A stretch of 64,000 nt of DNA from Phyllobates terribilis (lineage: Eukaryota). Below the pieces are notes generated by a model, which ran no database searches, was not told the origin of the DNA, and saw only the letters and a program-made list of their open reading frames with translations. Below are positions 50,228 through 63,200 of this stretch, one piece after another. Both the position numbers and the translations under genes were made by a program. Position 1 is the first letter of the stretch; every line of letters starts with the position of its first letter. Location of the stretch: positions 16,430,001-16,494,000 of the forward strand of contig NW_027362765.1 of assembly GCF_046119375.1 (NCBI RefSeq), in the 5' to 3' direction.

Positions 50228-50909
50228 TGTCACGATGGTGTTGAGACTTTGGGTGCTAACCAGGTCCCTAGAACTAGGGGTGCCCTAGTTTTTCCCTGTC
50301 AACCGAATTACTCCTGAAGATGGAGACAATGGGATCTCATTCCTTCCTATGCTCCTATATCTACCCAGATCAGTCCCCTCCACCACCCAGGGTATTGGGA
50401 AGCTGAAGTGCATAAGAACACAATAACCAGAAAAACAAGGGAAGACAGACAGGGATAAATGAAAATACCAACCATATACACACACACCAAACAACAGAGT
50501 GTTGGGACACAGGGGAGTTAAGGGAAGGAAAATACAAATTAGGAGAGGAAGAGGATAAGTACACAGACAAAAACTCAAAGCAACAATCTCCAGACCAATC
50601 ACCAAACTCTAACTCCAACCACATACTTCACCTCCAGCTCCAGAACCAGGTAGTAAGAACTAACACTGGTTATCCCTAAGTGCCAGAGGCAAGCATATAT
50701 AGCAGGGGGGAGTGGCCAATACCGAATAGCTGAGACAATCCAATTAGGAAACCTCTAGGAGCTCAACTGAACAGATTAACCTCTGCACTACTAACAAGGA
50801 AAAAACAGCACTGTTTAATACGATGAGGACATACTTCTATCCAGTGAAGGAGTTTGTGAAACCAGACGCTGCAATCGTCTGGCCTCTCTGTTGCTGTATC
50901 TCCATGACA
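50228..50909 (-). mobile_element. Solo LTR, 682 bp
   Basis: TGTCA...TGACA; near-TSD CTACC/CTACT; TATA on the minus strand near 50695. Confidence 0.78.
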
Positions 50910-51440
50910 CTACTTTACCCCGTACCTAAACAAAGCTGATACTGCCCAGCCGCAGAGGTTGGCACCCTAATGAACAACAATGGCGCCGCCCCTCAAAAGC
51001 CATAGTGAACCCTGATAAATATATATATATAAAATACACTGATACATTAAGTAGGACCAGATATGTATCTAGGTATACAGAAAGGAAAGGGTATGGTACT
51101 TGTCAAGGGATTTATCACAATATCACAGCCCAGGAACCACCCGCTGTGATATTTGGGGCGAACAGCTCTCTGCTTCCCCCTATCGTTCGGACAATCACAC
51201 GATTGGCAGAAAAATAACGGAGGAGGCCACATGCTGTTTGCAGTAACAGGCCGGTTATCAGAAAAACTAACAGTGAGATATACAGTACAGACCAAAAGTT
51301 TGGACACACCTCATTTAATGATTTTTCTGTATTTTCATGACTTTGAAAATTGTACATTCACACTGAAGGCATCAAAACTATGAATTAACACGTGGAAATA
51401 TATACTTAACAAAAAAGTGTGAAACAACTGAAAATATGTC

Positions 51441-54400
51441 TTATATTCTAGGTTCTTCAAAGTAGCCACCTTTTGCTTTGATGACTGCTTTGCACACTCT
51501 TGGCATTCTCTTGATGAGCTTCAAGAGGTAGTCACCAGAAATGGTCTTCCAACAATCTTGAAGGAGTTTCCAGAGATGCTTAGCACTTGTTGGCCCTTTT
51601 GCCTTCACTCTGCGGTCCAGCTCACCCCAAACCATCTCGATTGGGTTCAGGTCTGGTGACTGTGGAGGCCAAGTAATCTGGCGTAGCACCCCATCACTCT
51701 CCTTCTTGGTCAAATAGCCCATACACAGCCTGGAGGTGTGTTTGGGGTCATTGTCCTGTTGAAAAATAAATGATGGTCCAACTAAAAGCAAACCGGATGG
51801 GATAGCATGCCGCTGCAAGATGCTGTGGTAGCCATGTTGGTTCAGTATACCTTCAATTTTGAATAAATCCCCAACAGTGTCACCAGCAAAGCACCCCCAC
51901 ACCATCACACCTTCTCCTCCATGCTTCACGGTGGGAACCAGGCATGTAGAGTCCATCCATTCACCTTTTCTGTATCGCACAAAGACACGGTGGTTGGAAC
52001 CAAAGATCTCAAATTTGGACTCATCAGACCAAAGCACAGATTTCCACTGGTCTAATGTCCATTCCTTGTGTACTTTAGCCCAAACAAGTCTCTTCTGCTT
52101 GTTGCCTGTCCTTAGCAGTGGTTTCCTAGCAGCAGGGGCGTACATAGGAATCATGGGGCCCCATAGCAGAAGCTCTAATTGGGCCCCCCTCCCCCCACCC
52201 AAAAAAAGTAAATAATTGTCGGGGTCACCAAAGATCAGATCTCACAACTTTCCATCCTTTACATAGTAATTTTCCTCCTGCTGATGTCCTAGATCTCTCT
52301 TTCATGGCCCCATAAAGTGTGATGCCAATAAAACGGCCCCCCAAACACAGTATGAAACCCCCATGGTGAATTCCTCCACATGCACAGTATAATGACCCTA
52401 CTGTACCCCACCTCAACTCCCAGGGTAAAGTATGCTGACCCCAACACAGTATGATCTCCCAACTGTGAGCCGCTAGAGAGGATGGTACATAATAAGGGAG
52501 GGTGTTATACATAATAAAAGAGGAAACTATATAACTAAGGATGGCGCTATACATAATAAGTGAGTGCACTATATACTAAGGGACTGTGCTATACATAATA
52601 AGGCTACATTCCTGCATCTGTGTGCAGTGTCAGTGTGCTGCCCTGTGTTAGAAACATTGAGCATGTCCTATTCTAATCCTCAAAATCTGATCAGAACAGG
52701 ACACTCTTTTACCCTCTTAGATCTCATTCTCAGATCCGTGATTTTCATGGATGTGTGAATGGATCTATCAAACTGTACGTAAATGTGAGAATGCAGCCTA
52801 AGGGATTTTACAGATAACATTATCACTCCAAGTCACACAGTGCAGATATAGAATAATATTTACATCCAGGCACTTACCGCTGACGTCTCATCTGATCAGA
52901 GCCGGTTTCTCGGGCTTCTTCTCCATCTGGTCAGACCTTCATGTCGACATCTCCCAGCCACGACTCGTCTTGTCACGATGATCTCCAGCCTAGAAAATAA
53001 CAAGGTCACATATTGTATCCATACATGTGTCTCCCCCGCTCTGCGTCCTCGACTACAGATATGTAACCCCCCCCCCCCAATTAATATACTATTAGCCACT
53101 TAGTAATCGAAATATAAAGTCATAAGCAGCACTGTGCCCCCCATTAACTATAATCTGCACCGGACAGTCTCTGTGACTCTCCCCAATTAACTGTAAGGCT
53201 ATGTGCACACGGAAAATATACAAGGCTTTACAGTACAAGCAAAGTGAAACCCCCATAATTGCTCTCTCCCAGCACCCCCATCATTGCTCTCTCCCAGCAC
53301 CCTCGTCATTGCTCTCTCCCAGCACCTCCGTCATTGCTCTCTCCCACCACCTCCATCATTGCTCTCTCTCAGCACCCCCATCATTACTCTCTCCCAGCAC
53401 CCCGTCATTGCTCTGTCCCAGCACCCTCGTCATTGCTCCCTCCCAGCACCCCCATCATTGCTCTCTCTCAGCACCCGCATCATTGCTCTGTCCCATCACC
53501 CCCATCATTGCTCTCTCCCAGCCCCCATCATTGCTCTGTCCCAGCACCCCCATCATTGCTCTGTCCCAGTACCTCCATCACTGCTTCTCTCAGAACTCCC
53601 ATCATTGCTCTCTCCCAGCACCCCCATCATTGCGCTCCCCCAGCACCCCCATCATTTCCTCTCAGCACCCCATCATTACTCTGTCCCAGCACCTCCATCA
53701 TTGCTCTCTCCTAGCCCCACATCATTGCTCTCTCCCAGACCCCCACCATTGCTTTGTCCCAGCACGCCCAATCATTGCTCTCTCCGAGCAACACGTCATT
53801 GCTCTCCCCAGCTCTATCAGCCCCATTATTGCTCTTCCCAGCCCCATCATTCCTCTCCCCAGCCCCATCAGCCCCATTATTGCTCTTCCCAGCCCCATCA
53901 TTCCTCTCCCCAGCCCCATCAGCTCCATTATTGCTCTCCCCAGCCCCATCACCCCATCATTCCTTTCCCCAGCCCCATCAACTCCATTATTCCTCTCCCC
54001 AGCCCCATCAGCCCCATTATTGCTCAACCCAGCCCCACCATCCCATCACTGCTATCCCCAGCCCCACCATCCCCAACATTGCTCTCCCTAGCCCAATCAT
54101 TCCTCTCCCCAGCCCCATCATTGCTCTCCTTAGCCCCACTATCCCATTATTCCTCTCCCCAGCTCCATCAACCCCATTATTCCTCTCCCCAGTCCCATCA
54201 TTCCTCTCCCCAGCCCCACTATTGCTCTTCCCAGCCCCATTAGTCCCATTATTCTTATCCCAAGCCCCATCATTCCTCTCCCCAGCCCCATCAGCCCCAT
54301 TATTGCTCTCCCCAGCCCCATCAACCCAATTATTCCTCTCCCCAGCCCCATCAGCCCCATTATTCCTCTCCCCAGCCCCATCAGCCCCATTATTGCTCTC

Positions 54401-55312
54401 CCCAGCCCCATCAGCCTTCTCCCCAGCCCCATCATAGCTCTCCCCAGTCCCATCAGCCCCCTTATTGCTCTTCCCAGCCCCATCATTCCTCTCCCCAGCC
54501 CCACCATCCCACCATTGCTCTTCCCCCACCTCCCCTCCCCAGCATTTCAGTAAAAAAAAAAAAAAAAACACAACTTACCTCAGCTCGCTCCCCTGCAGCA
54601 GCATTCTCCTGGTTGCCGGCAACTTTCTTCCTGACCCAGGCGTGCGCTGCATGATGACGTCATCAAGCTGCGCGCGCCTGGGTCAGGGAGGAAGCAGAGG
54701 ACGAACCCTCCAGCTCCGCTGCTATTCTCCTCCTGACAGCAGCGGAGCTGCAGGGATCGCTCCCCGACCGCCGCGTGCAGGGAGCAGCTGCACCTTGCGG
54801 GCCCCTTGGTGCAGCAGCATGGTGGGGACCCGGCGCAGCTGCACCGGCGGCAGTATGTCCACCCCTGGACTGCTATGGGGCCCCCACGGCTCACGGGCCC
54901 CATAGCAGTCGCGTGGTCTGCCGCCATTGGCGGTACGCCGCTGCCTAGCAGCTATTTTACCATGAAGACCTGCTGCACAAATTCTCCTCTTGACAGTTGT
55001 TGTAGAGATGTGTCTGCTGCTAGAACTCTGTGTGGCATTGACCTGGTCTCTAATCTGAGCTGCTGTTAACCTGCGATTTCTGAGGCTGGTGACTCGGATA
55101 AACTTATCCTCAGAAGCAGAGGTGACTCTTGGTCTTCCTTTCCTGGGGCGGTCCTCATGTGAGCCAGTTTCTTTGTAGCGCTTGATGGTTTTTGCAACTG
55201 CACTTGGGGACACTTTCAAAGTTTGCCCAATTTTTCGGACTGACTGACCTTCATTTCTTAAAGTAATGATGGCCACTCGTTTTTCTTTACTTAGCTGCTT
55301 TTTTCTTACCAT
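51441..55312 (-). pseudogene. DD38E transposase, 350 aa if the hAT insertion is removed (55312-54944 joined to 52124-51441)
   Basis: 123 plus 227 codons join in frame with no stops; WSDESKF, QQDNDPKH-38 aa-E. Confidence 0.9.
52133..54943. mobile_element. Non-autonomous hAT element with internal minisatellites (about 53270-54520)
   Basis: TIR CAGGGGCGTAC / GTACGCCGCTG; 8-bp TSD CCTAGCAG (52125-52132, 54944-54951). Confidence 0.93.
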
Positions 55313-57559
55313 AATACAAATTCTAACAGTCTATTCAGTAGGACTATCAGCTGTGTATCCACCTGACTTCTGCACAACACAACTGATGCTCCGAACCCCA
55401 TTTATAAGCCAAGAAATCCCACTTATTAAACCTGACAGGGCACACCTGTGAAGTGAAAAGTGAAAACCATTTCTGGTGATTACTTCTTGAAGCTCATCAA
55501 GAGAATGCCAAGAGTGTGCAAAGCAGCCATCAAAGCAAAAGGTGGCTACTTTGAAGAACCTAGAATATAAGACATATTTTCAGTTGTTTCACACTTTTTT
55601 GTTAACTATATAATTCCACATGTGTTAATTCATAGTTTTGATGCCTTGAGTGTGAATGTACAATTTTCAAAGTCATGAAAATACAGAAAAATCTTTAAAT
55701 GAGAAGGTGTGTCTAAACATTTGGTCTGTACTGTACACCTCTGGATTCCAACACATGGAATCTGTGTAAATGCCCCCGTATGATCACCGCTAACTCCACG
55801 ATAACCCCAGACTACTCGCTGCCACCACCAGCCGTGTTTTAATCAGGCTGACTGGACATCTGATAGCGTATGGCTTTGAGGTGCGATTACAGAACAAAAC
55901 TATTAAATTTTATATTTACTCTAAAGGAAGGCAGTGTTTATGAGGACAGCAGGGTTGTGGGCTGTCCTCAGCCATTCAAGATTTTAGCAGGCGAGCACCA
56001 GTGAGGAGCATACCTTTAGCCACTGTGGTTGTAAGTATACTTTTACGATGTATGTCACACTGTGTACGCTGCCATTTGGAATTTTTCCCATGTATGTGAG
56101 CGTTCCAATCTATAGTTGAGGTATCATGGCAATATCTTGGGCACATGCTTCTATATTAGAATCCCTACAGGGCAGAAATCTTTATTGATCATACCTCTTA
56201 TTGATCTTTCCATGACTTACCTTCTTTGTAATTCCATTCCACTCTAATGCTCTATTATTTTGATATTGAACATACTTTGGTTTGGCAGCATATTTCCTCT
56301 GATTGACAAATGTTTTTTGCTCCACACTGGTGCTCCTCCATTGTTTTATTTTTTGAGGTCTGAGTTTGTGATTTTCATTTCCGATTTATTTTTCACCAAT
56401 AAAATTTTGTAATTTTATGATTCAGGACGTTTTTCGAAGTCTTTTTGCTCTCTTTTTCTTCTATGTAATTTACATTGCTTCGTTAGTCCTCACCACGTCT
56501 GTCTATATGTCGTTTACTGGGGTATTACCAATTAGGTTTAGATATATCATCTACCCCTCTTTTCCAATTTCTGTGTTATTTAAGTATTTTATGAAATCCC
56601 AACTGCAATAACTCATCGCCAGACTATCGCAGAAGTTCGAGATTGCCGCCATATTTTCCATCAGGATTTTATCTTTACTTAGAGACCAAACATGACATAG
56701 CTATTGTTAGTTATCTGTCTACTATTGATTTTTGGATTATAGGCAGGTATCACACATGAAAAAATATGCATATTTTTACCCTCTTTGCTCCGGCGGTGAA
56801 AATGTATATCCTATCCCTATCAGTTTTATAAAAACTCCAATATTCAAAGTTTTCTATTGGTGCCTCAGCGTATAGCAAATATGTTTGGATGAAAGGAATG
56901 TGCGCCTGTGAAGGACAATAGCTATCTCTATCACTTGTGAGGTATCTCCTTTAATCCTCTTGAAACTTAAAAGGGCTTCCACTGCCCTGTTTATGTAAAA
57001 ACACATGTACCCTTTTTGTTGTTCAACTCTTTGAAAACAGTTCTCCTGTCTATTTTAAATGTCTTTGTCTTTCTCAAAAAAGGTATCTTCTTTCAGTCAT
57101 CTGGGCATCAAAAGGGACTCAATGCATTTTAACTAAGATGGTTCACATGTCTTTGTCTATGGTACAATCCTGCATCTAAGAGTGTCAGTTGCTTGTCTTA
57201 CTGGAAATCTGTGTGATAAGAAAAAGGATGGAGCCCCCTCCTTTTTCTTTTTTTTGAAGTGAGTGACTTCAGAGATTTTTAATATTTTCTATGACTGTAC
57301 TCATCAGAGAATGTTTCAATAATCCAAATTGACATGTTTCCCAAACAGGATCATCTGGAGACTTGATACAGGGATGATAATTCATGATGTTCATAATAGC
57401 CAGGTGTCCAGGTTTAAATATCCAAACTTCAGCAAAAACCACTCCCCAGACTAGGAGACCTATTCCCATTTCTAGAGGTGAATTGTCATCGGATATATAG
57501 AATGGAGTCTGTCTACAATAATGTACTGCGCCTGCGCTACATCTCATACGCTAGAGGTC

Positions 57560-59280
57560 CGATAATGTCCATGCCCTAGTGTGCATGTCCCGAGGTGACA
57601 TGCTTTAAACTGTAACGCCAGATAAACTGTTTGCCACGGCGCCACTCGTACCCGTAACTGCGCATGCCCATAGTTATGTGTTCCACTCCGGAGCGCGTCT
57701 AGGATCATTGTCCGCGATTGAGCATGCCCTGATGTGTGCGGTTTACACCAAAGCGCATCACGATCTATCTGCGACAAAAACAAGTATTGCACATCCTCCA
57801 ATCATGCAATAGGCATGTAGATCTACTTTATCACTATAAAAAATATGGGATGGTGGCCCACAGTATATTCCTAAATGGTCATATTTGTCCCCTATTGCAT
57901 AATTAAAGCTACACAAGGATCACCACACTTGTTAGTTACTAAATAGTATATGTGGGATATAACTGATAAGAGATAATTCTGATATGGAAACTCAGATATC
58001 TCGATGAAGTAGAACAATATGTGAACCCAATTCAAAAGGAACTGAGTAGCAATGAATAGAGTATGAAATCCAAAAATATAATCCAGAATAGGGCTGTATT
58101 CACATAAAACAGGCATAGGAAATTTGCACATTGAGTCCCTCAGAGGCTAGTGAATCCAGTGTGGAAATCCACTCATTTTCCTTTTTGAGGATACATCTAT
58201 TGCGATCACTTCCTCCCACATTGGGTTTAACCACCTCGATGATACAAAAGGAGATGTCTCCTGTTTCTCCTCGATGTACACTGTTCATGTGTTCCACTAA
58301 TGGGGTGTCCCGACCATGGAGTATATAGCCCACAAGCTCCCCCAACCTCCTCCTAGACTCCCTCTTGGTCGTGCCTACATAATGTAGGGACAGGTGCATG
58401 TGATCATATATACAAGTCCTGAGGTTTTACAGTTGGAATAATCCCTCTGGAAAAAGGTTTTATCCATGGAGGAACCCAAGAAAGATTTACATGGTCTCAT
58501 CCAATTACATGTACAACATTCTCCACATCTAAAGAAACTGCAGATTCTTCTATCTAGCCAAGTCCCCTTGGGTGCAGTTTTTTTTTTTTATAGATACTAT
58601 GCACTAAATGATCCCTAATTGACAGACCCTTTCTGAAAATTATTGTGGGAGTAGATCCCATGAGCACCCCTCAGCTCGGGTCAGCCAGAAGTATATTCCA
58701 ATGTCTTCTGAGGAAAGTAAAGATACGGTCACTCTGATTGTCATCAATTCCTATTACTTGTGTTATCCCATCTTTTTCTTGGTCTCTTGGTTTGTTATGG
58801 AGAAGTGTCTGTCTCTTATTTTTTTGCAAACGAATGTGCGTAAACGAAAAAGTATTGTGGATACCTTTTTCCCTGAATATGATATTCATGTCAATTGCCT
58901 GTATATTAAAATCTGTGACATTAGAACAGTTCCTTCTCAACCGCAAAAATTGTCCCTTTGGTTTTCCTTTTTTTTATGGGCATGGGGTGTTGGCTATCCA
59001 GCTTAAATACACTATTAGTGCTTGTAAATTTATGGAAGATGAGTGTCTCTAGGGTCCCATCCTGTTCTTTCTAGATTAGGACATCCAGGAAAGGCCACAG
59101 GTAACAGGTAATCCCCGACAGGCAGTATATTATTGTACAAAGCCTTGATATCTAGAAAGGCCTGCACCCTACATGAATGTATACATGCTCAAGGGTATAC
59201 ATGGAGGGGAGCAGGTGAAGGGAAAATCATTTTCCAGAGAGATTATTTCAACTGTAAATCCTCAGGACTTATTCCAACTA
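57560..59280 (-). pseudogene. Penelope-like element fragment (RT remnant, linker, GIY-YIG, 3' region), copy 2
   Basis: YVGTTKRESRRRLGE...NEWISTLDSLASEGLN; FLRRHWNILLADPS. Confidence 0.82.
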
Positions 59281-59307
59281 CAGGACCTCAGGTGGTACTG
59301 TGGGAAC

Positions 59308-59885
59308 ATTATACCGTGTGGGGGCATCATACATACTGCATAAGGGGCATAATGGGGGCATTACACTGTGTGGGGGCATCATACATACTGCATAAGGGGC
59401 ATAATGGGGGCATTACACTGTGGGGGCATCATACATACTGCATAAGGGGCATAATGGGGGCATTACATGTGTAGGGGCATCATACATCCTGCATAAGGGG
59501 CATAATGGGGGCATTACACTGTGTGGGGGCATCATACATACTGCATAAGGGGCATAATGGGGGCATTACACTGTGTGGGGGCATCAAACATACTGCATAA
59601 GGGGCATAATGGGGGCATTACACTGTGTGGGGGCATCATACATACTGCATAAGGGGCATAATGGGGGCATTACACTGTGGGGGCATCACACATACTACAT
59701 AAGGGGCATAATGAGGGCATTACACTGTGTGGGGGCATCATACATACTGCATAAGGGGCATAATGGGGGCATTACACTGTGGGGGCATCATACATACTGT
59801 ATAAGGGGCATAATGGGGGCATTACACTGTGGGGGCATCACACATACTACATAAGTGGCATAATAGGGGCATTACACTGTGGGGC
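59308..59885. repeat. About 51-53 bp G-rich minisatellite, about 11 units
   Basis: Paralog of 15804-16230. Confidence 0.93.
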
Positions 59886-60070
59886 CAGTAAAGGGGCCCT
59901 GTACTATGAGAACAATACGTTTCCTCCCTTCCTGTCTCCATAGTTGGGTCGTATGTATCTATTACAGGAACCAGAACAAAACCTTATGATTCTTATAAAG
60001 AGGCAACACAAGACCCCAAAAGAGTCTCCGTGCTGAAGGGGTTAATGCCCCCTGCGCCCAGTAATGGGGG

Positions 60071-60234
60071 TCTCCACATACCTCCACCTGCAGAGCCGCC
60101 ACCACATATATGGCTGTTCTGTGCGCACAGGACCTGTGATGAGGTCACAGGAGGGGAGGAGTCAGGGGTCACATGATCAGGGGCCTCAGTGGATGCAGGA
60201 CTCTGCTGTGCTGGTTGTCATGGTGCTGGATGAG
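60071..60234 (-). promoter_or_regulatory. Putative core promoter / non-coding first exon, copy 2 (donor GAG|GTATGT at 60082/60081); candidate 5' exon of the ZNF gene
   Basis: Identical to 16406-16569; same strand as the ZNF gene, whose first coding exon has an otherwise unpartnered acceptor. Confidence 0.55.
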
Positions 60235-60280
60235 CTGAAGTTTATGTGTGGGGTCAGGAGGGGTTTACAGTGTGGATGTA

Positions 60281-63200
60281 GCAGAGCCGCGTGTGTACGA
60301 GGCGTACGGAGCGGAGCCGCGTGTGTACGAGGCGTACGGAGCGGGGCCGCGTGTGTACGAGGCGTACGGAGCGGGGCCGCGTGTGTACGAGGCGTACGGA
60401 GCGGGGCCGCGTGTGTACGAGGCGTACGGAGCGGGGCCGCGTGTGTACGAGGCGTACGGAGCGGGGCCGCGTGTGTACGAGGCGTACGGAGCGGGGCCGC
60501 GTGTGTACGAGGCGTACGGAGCGGGGCCGCGTGTGTACGAGGCGTACGGAGCGGGGCCGCGTGTGTACGAGGCGTACGGAGCGGGGCCGCGTGTGTACGA
60601 GGCGTACGGAGCGGGGCCGCGTGTGTACGAGGCGTACGGAGCGGGGCCGCGTGTGTACGAGGCGTACGGAGCGGGGCCGCGTGTGTACGAGGCGTACGGA
60701 GCGGGGCCGCGTGTGTACGAGGCGTACGGAGCGGGGCCGCGTGTGTACGAGGCGTACGGAGCGGGGCCGCGTGTGTACGAGGCGTACGGAGCGGGGCCGC
60801 GTGTGTACGAGGCGTACGGAGCGGGGCCGCGTGTGTACGAGGCGTACGGAGCGGGGCCGCGTGTGTACGAGGCGTACGGAGCGGGGCCGCGTGTGTACGA
60901 GGCGTACGGAGCGGGGCCGCGTGTGTACGAGGCGTACGGAGCGGGGCCGCGTGTGTACGAGGCGTACGGAGCGGGGCCGCGTGTGTACGAGGCGTACGGA
61001 GCGGGGCCGCGTGTGTACGAGGCGTACGGAGCGGGGCCGCGTGTGTACGAGGCGTACGGAGCGGGGCCGCGTGTGTACGAGGCGTACGGAGCGGGGCCGC
61101 GTGTGTACGAGGCGTACGGAGCGGGGCCGCGTGTGTACGAGGCGTACGGAGCGGGGCCGCGTGTGTACGAGGCGTACGGAGCGGGGCCGCGTGTGTACGA
61201 GGCGTACGGAGCGGGGCCGCGTGTGTACGAGGCGTACGGAGCGGGGCCGCGTGTGTACGAGGCGTACGGAGCGGGGCCGCGTGTGTACGAGGCGTACGGA
61301 GCGGAGCCGCGTGTGTACGAGGCGTACGGAGCGGAGCCGCGTGTGTACGAGGCGTACGGAGCGGAGCCGCGTGTGTACGAGGCGTACGGAGCGGAGCCGC
61401 GTGTGTACGAGGCGTACGGAGCGGAGCCGCGTGTGTACGAGGCGTACGGAGCGGAGCCGCGTGTGTACGAGGCGTACGGAGCGGAGCCGCGTGTGTACGA
61501 GGCGTACGGAGCGGAGCCGCGTGTGTACGAGGCGTACGGAGCGGAGCCGCGTGTGTACGAGGCGTACGGAGCGGAGCCGCGTGTGTACGAGGCGTACGGA
61601 GCGGAGCCGCGTGTGTACGAGGCGTACGGAGCCGAGCCGCGTGTGTACGAGGCGTACGGAGCCGAGCCGCGTCTGTACGAGGCGTACGGAGCCGAGCCGC
61701 GTGTGTACGAGGCGTACGGAGCCGAGCCGCGTCTGTACGAGGCGTACGGAGCCGAGCCGCGTGTGTACGAGGCGTACGGAGCCGAGCCGCGTGTGTACGA
61801 GGCGTACGGAGCCGAGCCGCGTGTGTACGAGGCGTACGGAGCCGAGCCGCGTGTGTTCGAGGCGTACTGAGCCGAGCCGCGTGTGTACGAGGCGTACGGA
61901 GCCGAGCCGCGTGTGTTCGAGGCGTACTGAGCCGAGCCGCGTGTGTACGAGGCGTACGGAGCCGAGCCGCGTGTGTACGAGGCGTACGGAGCCGAGCCGC
62001 GTGTGTACGAGGCGTACGGAGCCGAGCCGCGTGTGTACGAGGCGTACGGAGCCGAGCCGCGTGTGTACGAGGCGTACGGAGCCGAGCCGCGTGTGTACGA
62101 GGCGTACGGAGCCGAGCCGCGTGTGTACGAGGCGTACGGAGCCGAGCCGCGTGTGTACGAGGCGTACGGAGCCGAGCCGCGTGTGTACGAGGCGTACGGA
62201 GCCGAGCCGCGTGTGTACGAGGCGTACGGAGCCGAGCCGCGTGTGTACGAGGCGTACGGAGCCGAGCCGCGTGTGTACGAGGCGTACGGAGCCGAGCCGC
62301 GTGTGTACGAGGCGTACGGAGCCGAGCCGCGTGTGTACGAGGCGTACGGAGCCGAGCCGCGTGTGTACGAGGCGTACGGAGCCGAGCCGCGTGTGTACGA
62401 GGCGTACGGAGCCGAGCCGCGTGTGTACGAGGCGTACGGAGCCGAGCCGCGTGTGTACGAGGCGTACGGAGCCGAGCCGCGTGTGTACGAGGCGTAAGGA
62501 GCCGAGCCGCGTGTGTACGAGGCGTAAGGAGCCGAGCCGCGTGTGTACGAGGCGTAAGGAGCCGAGCCGCGTGTGTACGAGGCGTAAGGAGCCGAGCCGC
62601 GTGTGTACGAGGCGAACGGAGCAGAGCCGCGTGTGTACGAGGCGTACGGAGCAGAGCCGCGTGTGTACGAGGCGTACGGAGCCGAGCCGCGTGTGTACGA
62701 GGCGTACGGAGCCGAGCCGCGTGTGTACTAGGCGTACGGAGACGAGCCGCGTGTGTACGAGGCGTACGGAGCCGAGCCGCGTGTGTACGAGGCGTACGGA
62801 GCCGAGCCGCGTGTGTACGAGGCGTAAGGAGCCGAGCCGCGTGTGTACGAGGCGTAAGGAGCCGAGCCGCGTGTGTACGAGGCGTAAGGAGCCGAGCCGC
62901 GTGTGTACGAGGCGTAAGGAGCCGAGCCGCGTGTGTACGAGGCGTAAGGAGCCGAGCCGCGTGTGTACGAGGCGTAAGGAGCCGAGCCGCGTGTGTACGA
63001 GGCGTAAGGAGCCGAGCCGCGTGTGTACGAGGCGTAAGGAGCCGAGCCGCGTGTGTACGAGGCGTAAGGAGCCGAGCCGCGTGTGTACGAGGCGTAAGGA
63101 GCCGAGCCGCGTGTGTACGAGGCGAACGGAGCAGAGCCGCGTGTGTACGAGGCGTACGGAGCAGAGCCGCGTGTGTACGAGGCGTACGGAGCAGAGCCGC

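Larger units (their letters stand above)
51283..55733 (-). mobile_element. Tc1-superfamily DD38E (Intruder-type) transposon with about 265-bp TIRs, interrupted by a hAT element
   Basis: TA TSD (51281, 55734); TIRs 51283-51545 and 55466-55733. Confidence 0.93.
51101..57296 (-). mobile_element. Solo LTR (about 1.74 kb net) related to 20600-21897, split by a Tc1-type element
   Basis: TSD GTACT (51096-51100, 57297-57301); minus-strand start AGTCATAGAAAA resembles TGTCATAGAAAA at 20600; shared internal blocks AAATATGGCG and TAAACACTGCCTTCC. Confidence 0.65.

Noticed and set aside
53201-54571. Pro/Ser-rich and Gly-rich ORFs
   Set aside because: Translations of minisatellites inside a hAT element.
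56030-56600. Possible env or accessory gene remnant on the minus strand
   Set aside because: Frames contain stops and I recognise no motif; lies within a TSD-bounded solo LTR.
57295-57320. Possible hammerhead ribozyme (GAAAC and CTGATGA on the minus strand) near the Penelope-like element
   Set aside because: Only 5 nt separate the motifs, too short for stems III and I, and the site overlaps an LTR boundary.
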